DNA of 37,573 nucleotides from Gammaproteobacteria bacterium (GTDB lineage: Bacteria; Pseudomonadota; Gammaproteobacteria; Natronospirales; REEB76). The notes under the pieces were generated by a model. That model made no database searches and was not told the origin of the DNA. It saw only the letters and a program-made list of their open reading frames with translations. Shown here piece by piece: positions 27,196 to 36,200 of the stretch. Location: assembly GCA_050739415.1 (NCBI GenBank), contig JBOIBD010000002.1, positions 1 to 37,573 of the forward strand. The letters are read 5' to 3'. How positions within the stretch are numbered: the stretch's first letter is position 1; every line of letters starts with the position of its first letter. Made by a program: the position numbers and the translations under genes.

Positions 27196-28476
27196 ATGCA
27201 GCCTCCCGTCAAATCCGCCGTGCACGGGGGCGTTGCGCTTGCCGGATTGGCCGCATTTCTGCTCGGTATCTGGATCCTCTGGTATTTCAGACCCTTCGCG
27301 AATTCGATACATGCCTGCCTGTTCCTGATTGCGCTGGTCGCGATTGCAGTCAGTACGGCGGATCTGTTCTGGCAAAAGGTGTACCGGCGGGCCAGCACCG
27401 GGCTGGATGGCTCCCGGCGGGAGTATTCGTTTAGCCGCACCGGCACCAAGCTGCTCGGCCTCCTCGGCAGCTTCGGGTTCATCAGTCTGTTGTACTGGCT
27501 GTTCCCCGAGTACCACGGCGGCTTCTACCGCCATTACTACGCGATGCTCGAAATCCTGCTGCCCGTATGGCTGCTGGCGGCGGTGCCGTACTTCTATTTT
27601 CTCGACAGTCGGATGGCATCGCCCCGCGACGGCTATTGGCAGCTCGGCCGGCTGCTGCTGTGCCGCTGGGCGGACGTGGATTACACGCTGCTGCGCCAGC
27701 ACCTGCTCGGCTGGCTCATCAAGGGCTTCTTTCTGCCGCTCATGTTTGTCTACATGAGCAATGATCTCGGGGGTATCGAGGCCTTCCGCTTCAGCGGCCT
27801 GGATTCCTTCAAGAGCTTCTACGACTTCGGCTACAGCTTCATTTTCTTCACGGATGTCACGCTGGCCACGATGGGCTACATCGTCACGCTGCGCCTCACC
27901 GACACGCACATCCGCTCTCCGGAACCCACGCTGCTCGGCTGGGCCGCGGCACTGGTGTGCTATGAACCGTTCTGGTCACTCATTGGCGGCCATTATCTCG
28001 CCTATGACACTGGCCGTCCCTGGGGCGTGTGGCTGTGGGGCCATCCGGTTGTGTACGTGCTGTGGGGCTCAGCGATCCTGCTGCTGCTCGCGTGCTATGT
28101 CTCGGCCACCATTACCTTCGGCTGCCGCTTCTCTAACATTACCCATCGCGGCATCCTCACCAACGGGCCGTATCGTTTCACCAAGCACCCGGCCTATGTT
28201 GCAAAAAACCTGTCGTGGTGGCTGATCTCGGTGCCGTTCGTGGCGCAAGGCACCGTCGGGGAGACGCTGCGCAACTGCCTGCTGCTGTTGGGTGTCAACG
28301 GCATTTATTATCTGCGAGCCAAGACCGAAGAGTGGCATCTGTCGCGCGACCCGGTCTATGTCCAATACGCGCAGTGGATCAACGAACACGGCCTGTTCAG
28401 CCGCATGGCCCGGCTCAAGCCTCTGCGCTTCCTGGCCTACCGGGTGCCGGCAGAAGTCGCCTGCAAAATCCAGTAA
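27196..28476 (+). CDS. Polytopic membrane protein with a C-terminal ICMT/PEMT-family (Ste14-like) methyltransferase domain
   Basis: 426 aa with multiple hydrophobic segments. The C-terminal motif ITHRGILTNGPYRFTKHPAYVAKNLSWW...YYLRAKTEEWHL matches the (L/I)xTxGPYRxxRHPxY...EE signature of isoprenylcysteine carboxyl / phospholipid methyltransferase-like enzymes, with K in place of the usual R. The gene starts 32 nt after the LP3 stop, and GGAG lies upstream. Confidence 0.75.
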   Translation: MQPPVKSAVHGGVALAGLAAFLLGIWILWYFRPFANSIHACLFLIALVAIAVSTADLFWQKVYRRASTGLDGSRREYSFSRTGTKLLGLLGSFGFISLLYWLFPEYHGGFYRHYYAMLEILLPVWLLAAVPYFYFLDSRMASPRDGYWQLGRLLLCRWADVDYTLLRQHLLGWLIKGFFLPLMFVYMSNDLGGIEAFRFSGLDSFKSFYDFGYSFIFFTDVTLATMGYIVTLRLTDTHIRSPEPTLLGWAAALVCYEPFWSLIGGHYLAYDTGRPWGVWLWGHPVVYVLWGSAILLLLACYVSATITFGCRFSNITHRGILTNGPYRFTKHPAYVAKNLSWWLISVPFVAQGTVGETLRNCLLLLGVNGIYYLRAKTEEWHLSRDPVYVQYAQWINEHGLFSRMARLKPLRFLAYRVPAEVACKIQ

Positions 28477-28602
28477 CCAGTGCTGCATACAAACAATGAG
28501 GCACGAGATGTTGCGTTTCAGGTTCAGATGCACAGATGTGCGGTTCGATCATTAACCGGATAAAGCGCAATGGACAATTCCATACAGCGGGAGAAAGCTA
28601 TC

Positions 28603-29961
28603 ATGAAGAGTCTACTTGGTCATCTTGCGGTGCTTTCATTTATCGTACTGTTGGCGGCTTGCGGCGGCGGTGGCTCCGGCAGCTATGGCGATTCGGGCAG
28701 TAGCAGTTCCGGCGGAAGTGGCTCAGGTGGTTCTAGCAGCGGCAATGGCAGCAGCAGTGGTGGCAGCAGCAGCGGCGGCGGGAATATCAATTTCAGCGTC
28801 TGGGTTTCCAACGGTAATAATAACAGCGTGACCGAGATTACCCCTGCCGCCATTTCCGCCGGCTCCTGCAGCACATCAACCTGCATCGTTTTCACGGGCG
28901 GTGGAATGAATGGGGCGGGTCCATTGACGGTGGATGTGCACGGGGATGTCTGGGTTGCCAATGAACCTGTTGGCGCTTCCTCGGGGTCTGCTCCTTACAG
29001 CGTAACAGAAATCACCGCCGAGGCGGTCGCGGCTGGAGCGTGTTCTTCGGCCAGCTGCCTGAATTATACGGGGGGCGGAATATTTGCGATTAAAGACATC
29101 ACCGCGGACGTGAACGGGAATATCTGGGTTGCGGATAGCTGCGCGCCGACAACCAACTTTGCTGCGGCACCATGTGGGCACGGTAACGGTGGGATTACTG
29201 AAATAAAGCCTGGCGCGGCCCAGGATTGCTCATCAGGGTGTATCTATTTCCTGATACCGCAGAATAGTAATAATGATGGAGTTCCACAACTTTTCCCTCA
29301 GGGCGTGACGACTGATGGGCAAGGCAACGTATGGTTTACCAATAATGGCTGTGTCGTCAGCAACTGCCCGGTGAATACAGGCAGTCTCGTGGAAATACCC
29401 TTGAGCAGCGTACAAGCTGGATCCTGTTCCGGCTGCGTCCTTTACTCAAATGGAAACATTGCCGATCCCAGAGAAGTGGCGGTAGATATGGTTGGCAATG
29501 CATGGGTGGCAAACAGTTGCGGACCCGCAAATTGTTTCGATTATTCTGGTGGTAGTGTGACGGAAATCGAAAAAGGAGCCTCACCGGACTGCTCATCAGG
29601 CTGCGTAGATTATACAGGCGGAGACGTGTCTCAACCTGAAACGGTTGCTGTGGATAACAGCGGAAATATATGGGTGTCCGATCCAGCGCTTCCGGGGCTG
29701 ACCGAGATTACATCAGCCGCGGCTACCGCGGGAACGTGCAGTGTTTCATCGTGCGTCAATTTTAATACAGGCGGTATTACCGTGGATACGAGAGCAATGG
29801 CAATTGATCCAAACGGGGATATCTGGCTCACGAGGTCAACTGATGGAACTGTTCTGGAAGTTGCGTCCGGCGCACCTGTGGATTGTTCATCCGGTTGTAT
29901 AAGGATATCCCTGCCACAATCGGTACAGCTAAACGCTGAAGATGTTGCAATCATGCCCTGA
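28603..29961 (+). CDS. Lipoprotein LP4: colinear paralogue of LP2 (lipobox, 40-aa Ser/Gly tether, NHL/Vgb-like repeats with 10 Cys pairs)
   Basis: MKSLLGHLAVLSFIVLLAA|C lipobox, with GGGAGA upstream of the ATG at 28603. NINFSVWVSNGNNNSVTEITPAAISAGSCSTSTCIVFTGGGMNG aligns with AVTFSVWVSNGDNSITEVMPAAIAAQSCSVSTCVTFTGGGMNG of LP2, and the similarity continues to the C-terminus. Confidence 0.8.
   Translation: MKSLLGHLAVLSFIVLLAACGGGGSGSYGDSGSSSSGGSGSGGSSSGNGSSSGGSSSGGGNINFSVWVSNGNNNSVTEITPAAISAGSCSTSTCIVFTGGGMNGAGPLTVDVHGDVWVANEPVGASSGSAPYSVTEITAEAVAAGACSSASCLNYTGGGIFAIKDITADVNGNIWVADSCAPTTNFAAAPCGHGNGGITEIKPGAAQDCSSGCIYFLIPQNSNNDGVPQLFPQGVTTDGQGNVWFTNNGCVVSNCPVNTGSLVEIPLSSVQAGSCSGCVLYSNGNIADPREVAVDMVGNAWVANSCGPANCFDYSGGSVTEIEKGASPDCSSGCVDYTGGDVSQPETVAVDNSGNIWVSDPALPGLTEITSAAATAGTCSVSSCVNFNTGGITVDTRAMAIDPNGDIWLTRSTDGTVLEVASGAPVDCSSGCIRISLPQSVQLNAEDVAIMP
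28663..28782 (+). repeat. In-frame Ser/Gly low-complexity repeat (LP4 tether)
   Basis: GGGGSGSYGDSGSSSSGGSGSGGSSSGNGSSSGGSSSGGG follows the lipobox Cys directly. Confidence 0.9.
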
Positions 29962-30113
29962 AAGAGGGTATTGGGATCGGTGCAAACGCAATAAAAATGC
30001 AGCCATGTGAAATCTGCTCTGTCATTTTGCGGTGTTGTTAACCTGTAGCTAACCTATTGCCGTGAGTCCGGATTATCCATCTCCTGGAATTTTGTATGCA
30101 CCAGACATGAAAC

Positions 30114-30144
30114 AAAAAAAGCCAGGGGAAACTGAGGCTTTTTT
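30114..30144. terminator. Weak bidirectional terminator-like element between LP4 and tRNA-Val
   Basis: An A7 run, an imperfect hairpin (agccag-gggaaa-ctgaggct, about 6 bp with a 2-nt bulge), then a T6 run. It reads as a hairpin plus U-tract in both orientations. The stem is weak. Confidence 0.35.
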
Positions 30145-30148
30145 CGAA

Positions 30149-30223
30149 TGGTGGGCGGTACTGGGATCGAACCAGTGACCCCTGCCGTGTGAAAGCAGTG
30201 CTCTACCGCTGAGCTAACCGCCC
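30149..30223 (-). tRNA. tRNA-Val (anticodon CAC)
   Basis: The reverse complement GGGCGGTTAGCTCAGCGGTAGAGCACTGCTTTCACACGGCAGGGGTCACTGGTTCGATCCCAGTACCGCCCACCA folds as a full cloverleaf. It has a 7-bp acceptor stem (GGGCGGT/ACCGCCC), a D stem (GCTC/GAGC), an anticodon stem (CTGCT/GGCAG) with loop TTCACAC, a T arm (ACTGG-TTCGATC-CCAGT), and an encoded CCA. Confidence 0.95.
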
Positions 30224-30238
30224 ATTCTGGGAGCGCGA

Positions 30239-30267
30239 ATTTTACGGGCCAAGGGGCGAATGGTCAA
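30239..30267 (-). promoter_or_regulatory. Sigma70 promoter of tRNA-Val
   Basis: On the minus strand: TTGACC (30267-30262), an exact 17-nt spacer, then TAAAAT (30244-30239). A GC-rich discriminator (tcgcgctccc) follows, and the mature tRNA 5' end is 15 nt downstream of the -10. Confidence 0.55.
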
Positions 30268-30308
30268 CAAACCGGGGATTGTTTGGACATATCTATAGAA
30301 TATGAGTC

Positions 30309-32768
30309 ATGACTGCGCTCCCTATAGAAAATCTGCTGCCAGAAATTGCTAAAGCCCTGACAGAGAAACTAACTGCTGTGATCCAGGCGCCGCCGGGTGC
30401 GGGCAAGACCACACGCGTCCCGCTGGCGCTGCTGAATGCACCCTGGCTTGCGGGACGCAAGCTCATCATGCTGGAACCGCGGCGCCTAGCGGCACGTGCT
30501 GCGGCGCAGTACATGGCCAAGCTCCTTGGTGAGCGGGTGGGGGAGACGATCGGCTATCGGGTGCGCATGGATACGCGGGTCGGGCCCCGCACGTGCATCG
30601 AGGTCGTCACGGAAGGTGTGTTGACACGGATACTGCAATCCGATCCGGCACTCGACGATTACGGTCTGGTGATTTTCGACGAGTTCCACGAGCGCAGCTT
30701 GCATGCCGATCTGTCGCTGGCGCTGTGCCTACAAACCCGCCAGGTACTGCGGCCGGATCTGCACATTGCGGTCATGTCTGCGACGCTGGATACCGCACCC
30801 GTCGCGAAACTGATGGGTGATGCGCCTCTGCTCACCTCGGAAGGTAGCGGTTTTCCGGTGGACACACACTATCTGCCTATACCTGCACGCGAGCGAATCG
30901 AAGCGCAGGTGACGAACGTGTTGCGTCGCGTGCTGGCTGATGAAACCGGCAGTGTGCTGGTGTTTCTGCCCGGCGGCGGAGAAATCCGCCGTGTGGCGGC
31001 AATGCTGGAGGGGAATCTGCCGGAAAGCATAGACGTGATGCCCTTGTACGGCGATTTGTCCCAGTTGCAGCAAGACGCGGCTATTCTTCCCGCCATGCCG
31101 GGCCGTCGCAAAGTGGTGCTGGCGACGTCCATTGCCGAGACCAGCCTCACCATCGAAGGCGTGCGCGTGGTGGTGGATGCGGGCTTGATGCGAGTGCCCA
31201 GATTTGATCCGGTAAGCGGCATGACGCGACTGGTGACGGTGCGAGTGTCGCGCGCATCCGCCGATCAGCGGCGCGGACGTGCGGGCCGGCTGGAACCGGG
31301 TGTCTGCTATCGGCTATGGAGCGAAGGCGAACGGCTGGAAGCCCAGAGCACACCGGAGATATTGCAGGCAGATTTAGCGCCGCTGGCGTTGGAACTCGCC
31401 CAGTGGGGTGCCGGGGATGGTTCCGCGCTGGCGTGGCTGGATTCACCGCCTACCGCGGCACTGGCTCAGGCACGCGAATTGTTGCAACGGCTGGAAGCAT
31501 TGGATGCAGCGGGACACATAACCGCGCACGGCGGACGTTTACTGGAGCTGCCACTGCATCCGCGTCTGGCCCATATGGTAATAAAAGGCGCGGAGCAGGA
31601 ACGAGGTTGGATCGCGTGCCTGTTGGCGGCACTGATCAGCGAGCGGGATATTCTCCCTGTCGGCGAACAACAAGCCGATGTCAGTGTGCGCCTGCGCATG
31701 TTGGATGAACAAAATGTGGATTCGCGGCTGCGGCGGATTCTGGCTTTGGCAAAGGACATCTCTCGACAGGCTGGTGTCACAGCCAGCAATACTCACGATG
31801 CGCATCCGGCGGGTGTTTTGCTGGCGCTGGCGTATCCGGATCGGATCGCGAAACACCGCCCAGGGAATGCGCCGCGTTATCTATTGAGCAACGGCCGTGG
31901 TGCGTTTTTGCAGGAAGGTGATGCGTTGGGCGCGGCGGCATGGCTGGCAGTTGCTGAGCTGGATGGAAATCCGCGGGAGGCGCGTATTTATCTGGCTGCA
32001 TCCGTAAGCGAAGCGGAGCTACGTGAATTGTTCGCAGCACAGGTGGAAACACGTGAACTCGTGGAGTGGGATGAGACCAGTGATGCTGTGGTAGCTGTAT
32101 CAGAGCAATATTTTGGCAGCATCGTGCTAGAACAACGGCCACTTGCCAATCCCGATCCGCAACAAGTTACCGCACTGATGCTTGAAGCCATACGCAAGCA
32201 CGGGCTGGACTATCTGCCATGGACACCGGCCATCAGGAATTGGCAGGCGAGGGTAAAGTTCTTGCGGCGTGTGGACGGTGAACAGTGGCCAGCAGTGGAT
32301 GATGCAAGTCTATCCGCCACATTGGAGCATTGGCTAACGCCGTTCCTGCAAGGCCGCTCGCGTTTGAGCCATCTTGCTACTTTGCAGTTACAGCAGGCGC
32401 TCAACACCTTTCTGGATTACCGTCAACAGCGTTTGCTGGATGAATTGGCACCGACACATTTCATCGTGCCGACGGGTTCCCGTATTCCGATTGATTACGG
32501 CTCAGGCGAGACACCGGTGTTGGCGGTACGCTTGCAGGAGCTATTCGGTCTTGGTGAATCACCGGGCATTGCCCGTGGCCAAGTAAAATTGCTGTTGCAT
32601 CTGTTATCGCCGGCGCACCGGTCGGTGCAGGTGACACAGGACCTGGTGGGTTTCTGGCATAGTAGTTATCAGGATGTACGAAAGGACATGAAGGGGCGTT
32701 ATCCGAAACACTACTGGCCGGATGATCCGTTGCGAGCGGAACCTACGCGGCGCGTCAAGAAAAAGTAA
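30309..32768 (+). CDS. hrpB: ATP-dependent RNA helicase HrpB (DEAH-box)
   Basis: 819 aa with Walker A APPGAGKTT, the DEAH box FDEFHERS, SAT (MSATLD) and QRRGRAGR. The length and C-terminal domain fit HrpB. Confidence 0.93.
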   Translation: MTALPIENLLPEIAKALTEKLTAVIQAPPGAGKTTRVPLALLNAPWLAGRKLIMLEPRRLAARAAAQYMAKLLGERVGETIGYRVRMDTRVGPRTCIEVVTEGVLTRILQSDPALDDYGLVIFDEFHERSLHADLSLALCLQTRQVLRPDLHIAVMSATLDTAPVAKLMGDAPLLTSEGSGFPVDTHYLPIPARERIEAQVTNVLRRVLADETGSVLVFLPGGGEIRRVAAMLEGNLPESIDVMPLYGDLSQLQQDAAILPAMPGRRKVVLATSIAETSLTIEGVRVVVDAGLMRVPRFDPVSGMTRLVTVRVSRASADQRRGRAGRLEPGVCYRLWSEGERLEAQSTPEILQADLAPLALELAQWGAGDGSALAWLDSPPTAALAQARELLQRLEALDAAGHITAHGGRLLELPLHPRLAHMVIKGAEQERGWIACLLAALISERDILPVGEQQADVSVRLRMLDEQNVDSRLRRILALAKDISRQAGVTASNTHDAHPAGVLLALAYPDRIAKHRPGNAPRYLLSNGRGAFLQEGDALGAAAWLAVAELDGNPREARIYLAASVSEAELRELFAAQVETRELVEWDETSDAVVAVSEQYFGSIVLEQRPLANPDPQQVTALMLEAIRKHGLDYLPWTPAIRNWQARVKFLRRVDGEQWPAVDDASLSATLEHWLTPFLQGRSRLSHLATLQLQQALNTFLDYRQQRLLDELAPTHFIVPTGSRIPIDYGSGETPVLAVRLQELFGLGESPGIARGQVKLLLHLLSPAHRSVQVTQDLVGFWHSSYQDVRKDMKGRYPKHYWPDDPLRAEPTRRVKKK

Positions 32769-32783
32769 GCGTAATGACGAACT

Positions 32784-32892
32784 GGTGCGTAAGCACACCC
32801 TACAAAATAAATGTAGGTTTGGCTGAGTGCAACGATGCCCGATATTCTGGCATTAAAGATGTTGGGGTACGCTTCGCTCACCGCCAATCTAG
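32784..32892. repeat. Degenerate REP-like palindromic elements of the GTAGG(G/T)T... type in the hrpB 3' intergenic region
   Basis: There are three pieces. The first is ggtgcgtaagcacaccctac (32784-32803). The second is gtaggtttggctgagtgcaacgatgcccgatat (32813-32845). The third is gttggggtacgcttcgctcaccgccaatctag (32861-32892). They resemble the GTAGG-TTGGG...GCTTCGC...CCCAAC-CTAC interspersed repeats I recall from beta/gamma-proteobacterial genomes. The CCTAC...GTAGG arms flank an A-rich loop. Confidence 0.35.
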
Positions 32893-32932
32893 GTGATGCG
32901 TAGGAGCGGCTTGTTTGCAGAAATTCTGCGAG

Positions 32933-33142
32933 TTAATCTTCCTCGTAGATTTCCTTGAGTTTGCGCTTCAGACGCCGCTCGTTTAGATGATCTTCCAGGG
33001 TGCGCCATGCTTGGGACGCATTCTGCGGTTTCACCGGTTTTGGATTCCGCTTTCTGCCGGGCGCGCCCGGTTCATACACCTGATCGTTACCGGCGTCGTC
33101 GCTGTTGCGGAGAAATTCTTCAATACCGGATGGTTTGGGCAT
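32933..33142 (-). CDS. Small charged hypothetical protein (69 aa from the ATG) immediately downstream of the RND pump gene
   Basis: MPKPSGIEEFLRNSDDAGND...AWRTLEDHLNERRLKRKLKEIYEED, with GAGAGA upstream of the ATG at 33142. The ORF is also open to a TTG at 33235 that overlaps the pump stop. From memory, the C-terminal ...LEDxLxERRLxRxLxxxxE(D/E) tail resembles the small 'PA3496-like' proteins. This is unverified. Confidence 0.45.
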   Translation of the reverse strand: MPKPSGIEEFLRNSDDAGNDQVYEPGAPGRKRNPKPVKPQNASQAWRTLEDHLNERRLKRKLKEIYEED

Positions 33143-33231
33143 GCTTGTGGTTCTCTCGGCCAACATCAAGGGGATAGGGCGCGCTTTATACCCCGATATC
33201 GCAATCTTGTAAATCCCGGACGGGGGGCCTA

Positions 33232-36200
33232 TCAAGGGCTTGGTGCGGAAATCGCTTGTGCCGGGTCCGGGTGGTGCTGCCGGGCAAAGAAGGTGTACAT
33301 GGTGGGAACCACGAACAGCGTGAACATGGTACCCAGGGTCATGCCGCAGGCGATCACCAGACCGATATCGAAACGGCTGACAGCGCCGGCGCCGGAGGCC
33401 AGCAGCAGCGGTACCACGCCCAAGACCATGGCGGCGGTGGTCATGAGGATGGGGCGCAAACGCACTGCGGCGGCGTGTTCGATGGCCTCACGCTTGGTGC
33501 AGCCGGTTTGGATCTGCCACTTGTTCGCAAAGTCCACCATCAGGATGCCGTGCTTGGTGATCAAGCCAATCAGTGTCAGCAGTCCCACCTGTGTATATAT
33601 ATTGATGGTGGCCGCGCCCAAAAAGATAGGAATGAGTGCACCGCAAAACGCCAGCGGTACGCTGAATAAAATCACCAGCGGATCGCGCCAACTTTCGAAC
33701 TGTGCCGCCAGTACCAGGAAAATCACGATAAGTGCAAAGAAAATCGCCAGCAGCAGTGTATTGCCTGATTGCACGAATTGGCGTGATTCGCCGGCATAGT
33801 TGATGAAATAGCCCTTGGGGAAAATTTGCTGCGCTTCATTCTTGAAGAAATCCAGTGCTTTCCCCAAGGAGACGCCCGGGATCGCCGAGATGGTGGCCGC
33901 ATTCAACTGCTGGAACTGGTTCAATTGATCAGGCTGAATGCTGTTGCTGAGGTGTGCCACGGTGGAGAGTGGGATCATGGAGCCATCGCCGGTGCGCACA
34001 TAATAGTTCATGAGTTCAGCGCCGTTGCGGCGGAACTGGTCGGCTACCTGCGGGATCACCTGGTAGCTGTAGCCCTGCAGGTTGAAGAAATTGAGGTAAC
34101 CGCCACCCAGGAACGTGCTCAGTGATGAGCCCAGATCCTGCATGCTGATGCCGAGCTGCTGGGCTTTGTTGCGGTCTATATCTATGCTGAGCTGTGGGTT
34201 GTCGAATTTAAGATCGCTATCCACGTAATAGAACATACCGCTCTTGCGGGCCGCATCCATGAGTTTTTCCTGTACGGCATAGATATCCGAGTAGGGTGCG
34301 GTGGAGCTCACCACGAATTGCACCGGTAAACCAGAAGAGCCGGGCAGTGAGGGGAAATTGACCGCAAATCCACGCAAGCCCGCGATTTGGGTAAGCTTCT
34401 GCTGCACCTCTTTGGTCACTGCGAACTGGCTGACAGAACGCTCGTTCCAGGGTTTTAGAATCAGGAATGCGATGAGACTGTTGGTGCCGCCGCCAAAGCC
34501 GCCGCCGTTGATGAGCGCATAAGCGTCGCGCTGCGGAATGCCTTTGAAGATGTCTTCGACTTGCTGGCCGAATTTTTCCATATAGGCATGGGTGGCGTCC
34601 AACGGGCCAGTGGTCTGGACGAAAACGAAACCCTGGTCTTCGGTCGGCGCGAGTTCGCTGGGTGACATGGCATAGAATGCCACAACGTTCAAAATGACTA
34701 CGATGGCCACAACGACTGTCACCGGTCGCCAGTTGAGGGCATTGTGGAGCCAATGCTGGTAGCGTTCCTTGAGTGTGTCGAATTGGTGATTGAGCCAGGT
34801 TTCAAGCCGGTTGGTTTTACCAGTAGGCGCCAGGAATTTCGAGCACATCATCGGTGAGAGGGTGAGCGCGATAATTCCGGAGAGGATCACCGCGGCCGCC
34901 AGGGTGAAGGCAAATTCCTGGAACAATGAACCGGTCAGGCCGCCGATGAAGCCGATGGGCGCGAATACCGCCGCAAGCGTGATGGTCATGGCGATAACAG
35001 GCGTGGCGATCTCACGTGCACCGATGAGCGCCGCCTGGAATGGAGTCTTGCCTAACTCAATGTGACGGTGCGTATTTTCCACCACTACGATGGCATCATC
35101 CACGACCAGGCCAATGGCCAGCACCATGGCGAGCAGCGTCAGCAAGTTGAGTGAGTACCCCAGGAGCAGCATGAAGAAACACACGCCGATGAGTGACAGC
35201 GGAATCGTGATCACCGGGATGATCACCGGCCGCATTGCACCCAGGAACAGGAAAATCACCACGATCACGATCAAGGCTGCTTCCACGATGGTCTTGATGA
35301 CTTCGTAGATTGAGGCACTGATGAATTGGGTGGCGTCATAGACTACTTTTGTGTGCATCGAGGGCGGCAACTGCGGCTCGATGTCCGCCAGCTGCTGGCG
35401 GATCAGCTTCACTGTCGTCAGCGGATTGGCGTCCGGCGTGGGGTTGATGGCCATGAACACGGATGGAATACCACTGAAATTCACTGACAGATCCCGTACC
35501 TGCGAGCCGAGTTCCACCTGGGCCACATCCTTGATGCGTACCAAGTTGCCGTTCTGGCTACGCAACACGATGTCTGCGAACCCCTTGGAATTTTGCAGAT
35601 CGGTGGTAGTGGCGATATTCATGGACACCAGGCTGCCGCGGGTGGCGCCTGGCGCCGATAGATAATTGTTCTGCAAAAGCGCATTGGCTACATCGCTGGC
35701 GGTGACGCCGTAGGCAGCCATCTTCTTAGGATCCAGCCAGATGCGCATGGCGTAAGGGAAACCGAAAACTTGCGCCGACGCGACACCATCCAAGGTCTGC
35801 ACCTTGGGTTGCACGACTCGCGTGATGTAATCAGTGATCTGGCCCAGCGACATCTGGTCCGAGTAGAAACTGATGAACATGATGGCGGTATTGCGCACGT
35901 CCGATGACTGAATCACCGGCGCCTGCGATTGCGGCGGCAACACGTTTTTCACCTGGTCCACTTTGGACATGATGTCAGTCAGCGCTTTGTGGATGTCGTA
36001 ATTGAGCTTGAGATACACCGTAATGGTGCTCATGCCCTGGGTGCTGGAGGAGGTAATGTAATCAATGCCCTCGGCGCCAGCTACAGACTGCTGGATCGGT
36101 TGGGTGATGAAGCCCTGGATTACATTGGCACTAGCGCCGGGGTAGGCGGTGGTGATGCTGACTTGGCCAGTCTCAATTTGTGGATACTGGCGCAGTTCCA

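Noticed and set aside
27094-27909. A 271-aa minus-strand ORF and a 121-aa one (27117-27482) overlap the LP3 end and the methyltransferase gene.
   Set aside because: They lie antisense to a gene with a clear family motif and membrane topology. Their composition (Q/E/A/P-rich, no motif) is typical of spurious antisense frames in GC-rich DNA.
30309-32768. I considered whether the helicase gene next to a tRNA could be a defence-system component.
   Set aside because: Its motif set and length match housekeeping HrpB. No partner nuclease, methylase or other defence-type gene is adjacent.
32987-33799. A 270-aa plus-strand ORF overlaps the small protein gene and the 3' end of the RND pump gene.
   Set aside because: It is antisense to a confidently identified RND permease. 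Its composition is low-complexity and Arg/Ala-rich, and it has no start context.
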